Shown: positions 51,800 to 64,000 of the stretch, one piece after another | Numbering within the stretch: the first letter of the stretch is position 1 | Layout: each line of letters opens with the position of its first letter | DNA from: an uncultured Gammaproteobacteria bacterium | Lineage (GTDB): Bacteria; Pseudomonadota; Gammaproteobacteria; Chromatiales; Chromatiaceae | Assembly: GCA_963736235.1 (NCBI GenBank) | Contig: CAVTOR010000032.1 | Span: forward strand, 109 to 64,108 | Reading direction: 5' to 3' | Length of the DNA: 64,000 bases | Translations under genes and position numbers: made by a program | The notes under the pieces: generated by a model | The model's database searches: none | Told to the model about the DNA's origin: nothing | What the model saw: the letters and a program-made list of their open reading frames with translations, nothing else

Positions 51800-52946
51800 T
51801 GTACAGTCGACAGAGCAGGGTCAGACAATCGGGTCGCGCGAGCCATGGAGCGAGCGTTTCGAGCTCCAATGTGGCTTCCCGGGTGATGAGAGAGAGCAGG
51901 GGGCGGTGCTCCGATGCGAGCGAATAGGCCTCTCCGTTCGCGAACAGCAGATCTTCGCCGCCCCTCCCGCGGCACCAGGCAAGCCGGCTGAAGCCGTTGC
52001 GGCGGAGCGCACCGCCCCCTCGCATGGCTTCGAGAAACTCATCGGGCGCCAGCGGCGTCTCGCTCGGAAAGACCTGCAAATGCTCTTTCGGTTCGGTGGC
52101 GAACCGCCCAAACCACTCTTGGAACAGGCGCTCGGGTGCCTCCGCGAGCCCTTGCTCGAGGGTGTGCCGAATCTGGTCGAATACCTCCGGGCGGATCTCG
52201 CCCGGGTCCAGATCGGGTGGCAGGTCGCCATCGCGGTAGCGGCCGGGTGACAGGGTGGACTCGGACGCCCGATCGCACCAGGATGCGGCCATCTCCCGCC
52301 AGGTGGCGGAGCGGAACCCGACCGACCAGGTCATGCAGGGACCCTCGGCGATGCCCCAGTGGGGGATTCCGGGCGGAAGGTAGAGGACGTCACCGGGTTT
52401 CATCAGGTAATCCTCCCGAGGCTCGAACCGTTGCAGGATGCGCAGGTCGATGTCCGGGATGACGGGGCCGTTCGGCCCCGGGATCGGGTCGATGCGCCAG
52501 CGCCGCCTACCCTCGGCTTGGATCAGGAATACGTCGTACTCGTCCACGTGCGGGCCCACCGATCCTTTGTCCGCCGCAAAGCTGACCATGATGTCGTCCA
52601 CCCGCCAGCTTGGGAGGAAGCGGAAGACGGAGAGCAGCTCGGCCACGTGCGGGACAAACTTGTCCGCGTCCTGTACCAGCAGGGTCCAGTGGCTGGCCGG
52701 TAGCTTGGCGAAGTCGGCTATATCGAGGGGGCCGTGACGAACCTCCCAGGGACGCTCGCCGTCGCGTTCCAGGATCAGGCGCGACTCAAGCTCGGGCTCG
52801 CAGGCGAGCCCGGCCAACTCCTCCGCGTCGAGCGGGCTGGAGAATCCCGGCAGGGCCTGCGGCATCGGCAGCGGCCGGCGTTGCCAGTAGGCGGCGAGAA
52901 AGGACGCGGCGTCGATACCGGGCGGAAAGCGCAGTTGCGTGAACAC
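51771..52946 (-). CDS. roxA: JmjC/cupin ribosomal protein uL16 arginine hydroxylase (RoxA/YcfD-like)
   Basis: Collinear by eye with E. coli YcfD: 'FLAAYWQRRPL', 'DAEELAGLA', 'WTLLVQDADKF', 'GSVGPHVDEYDVFLIQAEGRRRWRI', 'GDVLYLPPGIPH'. GTG start at 52946, 27 nt after the upstream gene. Confidence 0.8.
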   Translation of the reverse strand: MFTQLRFPPGIDAASFLAAYWQRRPLPMPQALPGFSSPLDAEELAGLACEPELESRLILERDGERPWEVRHGPLDIADFAKLPASHWTLLVQDADKFVPHVAELLSVFRFLPSWRVDDIMVSFAADKGSVGPHVDEYDVFLIQAEGRRRWRIDPIPGPNGPVIPDIDLRILQRFEPREDYLMKPGDVLYLPPGIPHWGIAEGPCMTWSVGFRSATWREMAASWCDRASESTLSPGRYRDGDLPPDLDPGEIRPEVFDQIRHTLEQGLAEAPERLFQEWFGRFATEPKEHLQVFPSETPLAPDEFLEAMRGGGALRRNGFSRLAWCRGRGGEDLLFANGEAYSLASEHRPLLSLITREATLELETLAPWLARPDCLTLLCRLYNDGHHELDA

Positions 52947-52972
52947 GGGCGGAGGCTCCCTGATGGTTTCGG

Positions 52973-53872
52973 TCAGATTTCCTGGGTGCGAGCGACCGGT
53001 TGCCCGTCCGCGCGCCACGGCCAGATCCGTCGGGAGCCGACCAGCAGTCCGGCGACCAGGATCAGCAGTGATCCGGCGACGGTCCACCACGCGAGAATCT
53101 CGTCCCAGAGCAGCCAGCCGTAGGCGGCGCCGAAGATGACCGAGAAATAGCCAAAGGTGCCCATCCGTGCCGCCGGAGCGAGCGACAGACCCCGCGTGAG
53201 GCAGACTTGCCCGAGGGTCGCGAACAGGGCGACCGCGAGGAGCCAGCCCACGGCCTCGAGCGAAGGGGTCGTCCATGCCCAGGCGAGCGGGATGGCGGAA
53301 ATCAGGCCGGCGGTGAGCGCGAAGAAAAAGACAATGCGCAGAGGCGGCTCGGTGCGCGACAGTCGGCGCACCGTCACCTTGGCGACCGCCGCGAACAGTC
53401 CGCCGAGCAGCGCGATCAGGGCTACTGGTGAGATACCCTGCAGGCTCGGGCGCAAGATCAGCAGCACGCCGCAGAATCCGATGGCGATGGCGAGCCAGAC
53501 CCTGGGATTTACCTCCTCATGCAGCCATATCAGTGCGACCAGGGGCATAAACAGGGGTGATGTGAGCTTGAGCAGCATCGCATCCGCCAACGGCATGTGG
53601 GCGATGGCGTAGAAAAAGCAGTACATTGCGCTGACCCCAGCGATGCCGCGGAGAAGATGCAGGTGAGGAACCGACGTACGCAAGCCGGGGAGACCGGGAC
53701 GCAGCAGCCAGGGGGCCAGCAGGCAGAGCCCGAACAGGTTGCGGAAGAAGACGATCGACTCGTTGGGGAGGGCGTGGGCGACCAGGCGTATGGCCACCCC
53801 CATGGATGCGAACATGAGCTCGCCGGCGACGATGAAGGCGGCGCCCAGCCAGAGATTCTGCCGGATGTCCAC
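52973..53872 (-). CDS. DMT-superfamily (EamA-type) transporter
   Basis: About 10 TM helices in two EamA-like halves. Confidence 0.75.
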   Translation of the reverse strand: MDIRQNLWLGAAFIVAGELMFASMGVAIRLVAHALPNESIVFFRNLFGLCLLAPWLLRPGLPGLRTSVPHLHLLRGIAGVSAMYCFFYAIAHMPLADAMLLKLTSPLFMPLVALIWLHEEVNPRVWLAIAIGFCGVLLILRPSLQGISPVALIALLGGLFAAVAKVTVRRLSRTEPPLRIVFFFALTAGLISAIPLAWAWTTPSLEAVGWLLAVALFATLGQVCLTRGLSLAPAARMGTFGYFSVIFGAAYGWLLWDEILAWWTVAGSLLILVAGLLVGSRRIWPWRADGQPVARTQEI

Positions 53873-54247
53873 GAAAGTCAGAACGAACGAAGAATGTTGC
53901 TAAAAGAATACAGTATCAAACCGATCACGGTTTTACCGTTCGGAACGAAGCTTTTGAGATCAATTGGTTGTGCATATCGGGGCTTAGGTTCGTTGCAGAA
54001 TTGTATGAAAGGCAAAAAAGGTTGCACTTTTGTCTGAATTTTACGCTACAATAATCGTCGACGGACGATTCGTCACAACACGGCTTCAACCTGGTGCTTC
54101 GGAGGGCAACTGTTCGGGCACGCGTTAACCGGATAGACGAGGCAATGAATGTCGTTGTTGTTTTTCGTCTACAGCTTGTTCTGGCCGGTGCCGAAACGCC
54201 GATTTTTAACCAAGTCCTTCCAACCTGAAAGAGAGGAAACGATAGCA

Positions 54248-59049
<4,802 letters not shown>

Positions 59050-59191
59050 GTGTGGATTCCGCCTGTGCGCTGGAACGAAACAAGGATTCTAACGAAAAAT
59101 AGACGACCGGGACGTTTACGCACGGAAGTGTGGACTATGCGAGCGATTTCCGCCTTGCATAGTCGGATTTAAGCGCGGGTAGGAGCGGCCC

Positions 59192-59818
59192 TCAGTGGCT
59201 GGATCTGCGCAGATACGCCTCGGCGCTGTCCAGCAGGCGTCTGCGTCCCAGCAGGATGGTCCAGCGGCTGCCTCCCACCTGCCGCCAAAGCCAGGCGGCG
59301 CGGATGCCCGCCAGCAGCATGGTCCGGATCCGGTTCTGATTGTCGGGGTTCTGCAGGTAGCCGGGCTCGCCCCGGACCATGATGCGCGGCTGCAGATTGC
59401 TGATGTTACCGCTGTAGATCTCCGCGAGGTGGGCCAGCAGATTGGGGTGGAGCATCGAGAAGTGCTCGAGCTTGGCGCGCGCCTCCTCGATCCCGTCGGC
59501 GATCTTCGCCACCAGGACCTTGCGTCCGGCGAGCACCCGTTCGAGCTTGAGCAGGGTGACGACGTAGCGCGTCAGCTCCAGGTCGCGGGGCTGCTTTCCG
59601 GTGAGCTGTCCGATCAGCTGGCGCACGCCTGGCGTCAGGACGCCGGGGTCGCCAAAGATGGCCCCGGTGCTCTCCGCGTCGGTCTGGAACAGGCTGTGGA
59701 CGCATGGCGCCATGGTATCCGTGTCAACCGTACCCTTGCGGGCGATCTGGCGCACGCACAACGCGGCCTGATAGATGCCGGCGAGGGCGATGAGGCGGTC
59801 TTGGTCGTTGTAGGCCAT
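59192..59818 (-). CDS. hflD: high-frequency-of-lysogenization protein HflD
   Basis: Motifs 'LAGIYQAALCVRQIARKG' and 'ELTRYVVTLLKLER'. Conserved position beside mnmA. Confidence 0.8.
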   Translation of the reverse strand: MAYNDQDRLIALAGIYQAALCVRQIARKGTVDTDTMAPCVHSLFQTDAESTGAIFGDPGVLTPGVRQLIGQLTGKQPRDLELTRYVVTLLKLERVLAGRKVLVAKIADGIEEARAKLEHFSMLHPNLLAHLAEIYSGNISNLQPRIMVRGEPGYLQNPDNQNRIRTMLLAGIRAAWLWRQVGGSRWTILLGRRRLLDSAEAYLRRSSH

Positions 59819-59869
59819 GGTGGTGAAGGTCCAGATTTTTCGGGTTCGGGTTGTCGGGGGCTTGGGCGC

Positions 59870-60991
<1,122 letters not shown>

Positions 60992-61156
60992 GAAGAACTG
61001 CGTCCGGCTTTGGGTGTCGATCTGTCCTGGCGGCGGTGCGCCGACCCGGCATGATACGGTCTGACGTCCCCTCGCGCATCACCGGGAGCGGGCGGTACGC
61101 AAGTCTCGATCCTGGATGCTAGACTCAAAACTTTGTTGCAACCGCGAAGAGACGAC

Positions 61157-62413
<1,257 letters not shown>

Positions 62414-62512
62414 CGCGGAGAGCGCTCGGACCGCAGCGGATGTCAGGGGCCGAAAGCCCCTGAATGGGTTTCGACGGGCGACGGCCCCGCGGGGTGGGGC
62501 CGCTGCCTCCGG

Positions 62513-62722
62513 TCAGAGCACGCGGTGCACCTTGGCCGCGTGCAAGCCCTTCGGGCCCTGGCTGATCTCGAATTCGACCTTCTGTCCTTCCTTCAGGGTC
62601 TTGTATCCGTCCATGTCGATCGCCGAGAAGTGGACGAAGACGTCTTCGTCTCGTCCATCGGGCTTCACGAACCCGTACCCCTTGGCATTGTTAAACCACT
62701 TCACAATACCCGTCATCATCAC
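62513..62722 (-). CDS. cold-shock protein, CspA family
   Basis: RNP1 'KGYGFV' and RNP2 'VFVHF'. Three consecutive ATG codons, so the start could be 62716-62722. Confidence 0.9.
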   Translation of the reverse strand: MMMTGIVKWFNNAKGYGFVKPDGRDEDVFVHFSAIDMDGYKTLKEGQKVEFEISQGPKGLHAAKVHRVL

Positions 62723-63053
62723 ATCACTCCTCCGGGGGTTATCCGAGGCTTACCTCTGGCAGTCTTCAGGTTGTTATCCAGCGCGTTTGCTTGTGTCATC
62801 GATGCCGCGCCTTACCTGCGAAGTATAGTGAGCTGATTTCACTGGTCAAATTTGGTGGATTTGCCGGCTTGGCCGCACTTTGAAGAGCGGCACGGGCGGT
62901 TGCTTTGGTGCGAGCCCCGGCAAGCATCGCGCGCGGGCCTCTGACGGGGGGAATGGCATTTCCACAATGGGTGCAACCCTTTTAGAAACGCGCGAAAGTC
63001 CCTACTCTATTAACCCGGAACGGCGTCGAATTTTGACTAGACTCGGAAGCAGA

Positions 63054-63377
63054 ATGAGCGGCCAGAACCCAAACGAGGAGCGTGAATCCGGGCTCTCGGT
63101 CCAGGAAGCCAGACCCAAGCTGAAGAAGCCGCCGTTGTTCAAGGTCCTGATCCTGAACGACGACTACACGCCCATGGAGTTCGTGGTGCAGGTGTTGGAG
63201 ACCTTCTTTCGCATGAGTAGGGAGAAGGCGACGCAGGTCATGCTGCACGTGCATACGCGCGGCGTGGGCGTCTGCGGCGTCTTCACGCGGGATATTGCCG
63301 AGACCAAGGTGTCACAGGTGAACGACTTCTCCCGCAGCCATCAGCACCCGCTGATGTGCACCATGGAGGAGGCCTGA
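63054..63377 (+). CDS. clpS: ATP-dependent Clp protease adaptor ClpS
   Basis: Motif '[23 protein letters not shown]'. ATG at 63054. Confidence 0.9.
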   Translation: MSGQNPNEERESGLSVQEARPKLKKPPLFKVLILNDDYTPMEFVVQVLETFFRMSREKATQVMLHVHTRGVGVCGVFTRDIAETKVSQVNDFSRSHQHPLMCTMEEA

Positions 63378-63529
63378 GGAGACGCGGATGGATTCAGCGC
63401 TTCCCGCGTCACACGGATGTCGCGCTGATTTTGGCCAGGATGGCTAATAGTCAGCGTCTACCTAAGGGCCGGACGATAGAGGCATCGGTTGGCAATTAAC
63501 GGGGTTCCTTTCCCGGGATCGAAGAGGCC

Positions 63530-64000
63530 ATGCTAAGCAAAGAGCTTGAATTCACGCTGAACCAGGCTTTCAAGGAAGCCCGTGAGAAGCACCACGAGTA
63601 CATGACCGTGGAGCACCTGCTGTTGTCCCTGCTCGACAACCCGACGGCGGCCAAGGTGCTGCGGGCCTGCGGCGCCAACACGGATCGATTGCGCAGCGAG
63701 GTCGCGACCTTCATCGAGGAGACCACCCCGGTCATTCCGCAGGAAGAAGGACGCGAGACGCAGCCCACCCTCGGTTTTCAGCGGGTGCTGCAGCGGGCGG
63801 TGTTCCACGTCCAATCGGCCGGGAAGAAGGAGGTGACCGGGGCCAATGTGCTGGTCGCCCTGTTTAGCGAGCAGGACTCCCAGGCCGTGTATCTGCTTGG
63901 CGAGCAGGACGTCACCCGGCTCGACGTCGTCAACTACATCTCCCATGGCATCTCCAAGGTCCCGGGAGAGAGCCTCGACGAGGAGGGCCAGCAGGAGCCG
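63530..64000 (+). CDS. clpA: ATP-dependent Clp protease ATP-binding subunit ClpA, N-terminal part (3' end off-window)
   Basis: Clp_N repeats 'LEFTLNQAFKEAREKHHEYMTVEHLLLSLL' and 'LGFQRVLQRAVFHVQSAGKKEVTGANVLVALF'. The frame is open to the window edge. Confidence 0.9.
   Translation, partial: MLSKELEFTLNQAFKEAREKHHEYMTVEHLLLSLLDNPTAAKVLRACGANTDRLRSEVATFIEETTPVIPQEEGRETQPTLGFQRVLQRAVFHVQSAGKKEVTGANVLVALFSEQDSQAVYLLGEQDVTRLDVVNYISHGISKVPGESLDEEGQQEP

Noticed and set aside
62443-62506. Two GC-rich hairpins between the convergent icd and csp genes (caggggc-cgaaa-gcccctg and cggcccc-gcggggt-ggggccg), considered as terminators.
   Set aside because: Neither is followed by a U-tract on either strand, so they were not annotated as rho-independent terminators.

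Overview
GC-rich chromosomal segment, by gene content probably from a gammaproteobacterium (sulfur-oxidiser-like). Housekeeping blocks: putP, nudix, tRNA-Cys/tRNA-Leu, purB-acnA-hflD-mnmA-icd-csp-clpS-clpA. These are interleaved with four unusual regions. (1) 12.8-17.7 kb: a primase (AEP)-SF2 helicase fusion gene bracketed by two ~0.8 kb direct repeats. Each repeat carries a higB-2/higA-2-type toxin-antitoxin pair, one toxin is nonsense-inactivated, and a tRNA-Pro 3' fragment lies between them. (2) 21.4-29.5 kb: an oversized (1705 aa) PFOR-like 2-oxoacid oxidoreductase followed by a 968-aa GltD/NfnB-NfnA-like flavoprotein fusion. (3) 31.5-42.1 kb: three giant paralogous secreted FG-GAP/ASPIC(UnbV)/Calx-beta proteins share a 4-Cys C-terminal domain, which also occurs as a stand-alone secreted protein. 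(4) 43.2-50.0 kb: a translationally coupled operon in which AmmeMemoRadiSam genes (radical SAM, MEMO-AMMECR1 fusion with signal peptide) sit behind a 1208-aa membrane fusion (spermidine-synthase-like + FMN_bind + NapH-like). The operon also holds two small exported proteins with a shared EAD[WF]Y-x-P motif. I rate region 4 the best candidate for an undescribed system. A second AmmeMemoRadiSam-type radical SAM gene and a lone Prim-Pol gene lie in the first 6 kb. At least seven genes, including purB and mnmA, carry indel frameshifts; those I could place precisely sit in short G/C or A runs. Assembly error is therefore more likely than true pseudogenisation. No CRISPR array, rRNA, integrase or intact transposase was seen. 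All family assignments come from motif recognition by eye, with no searches run.
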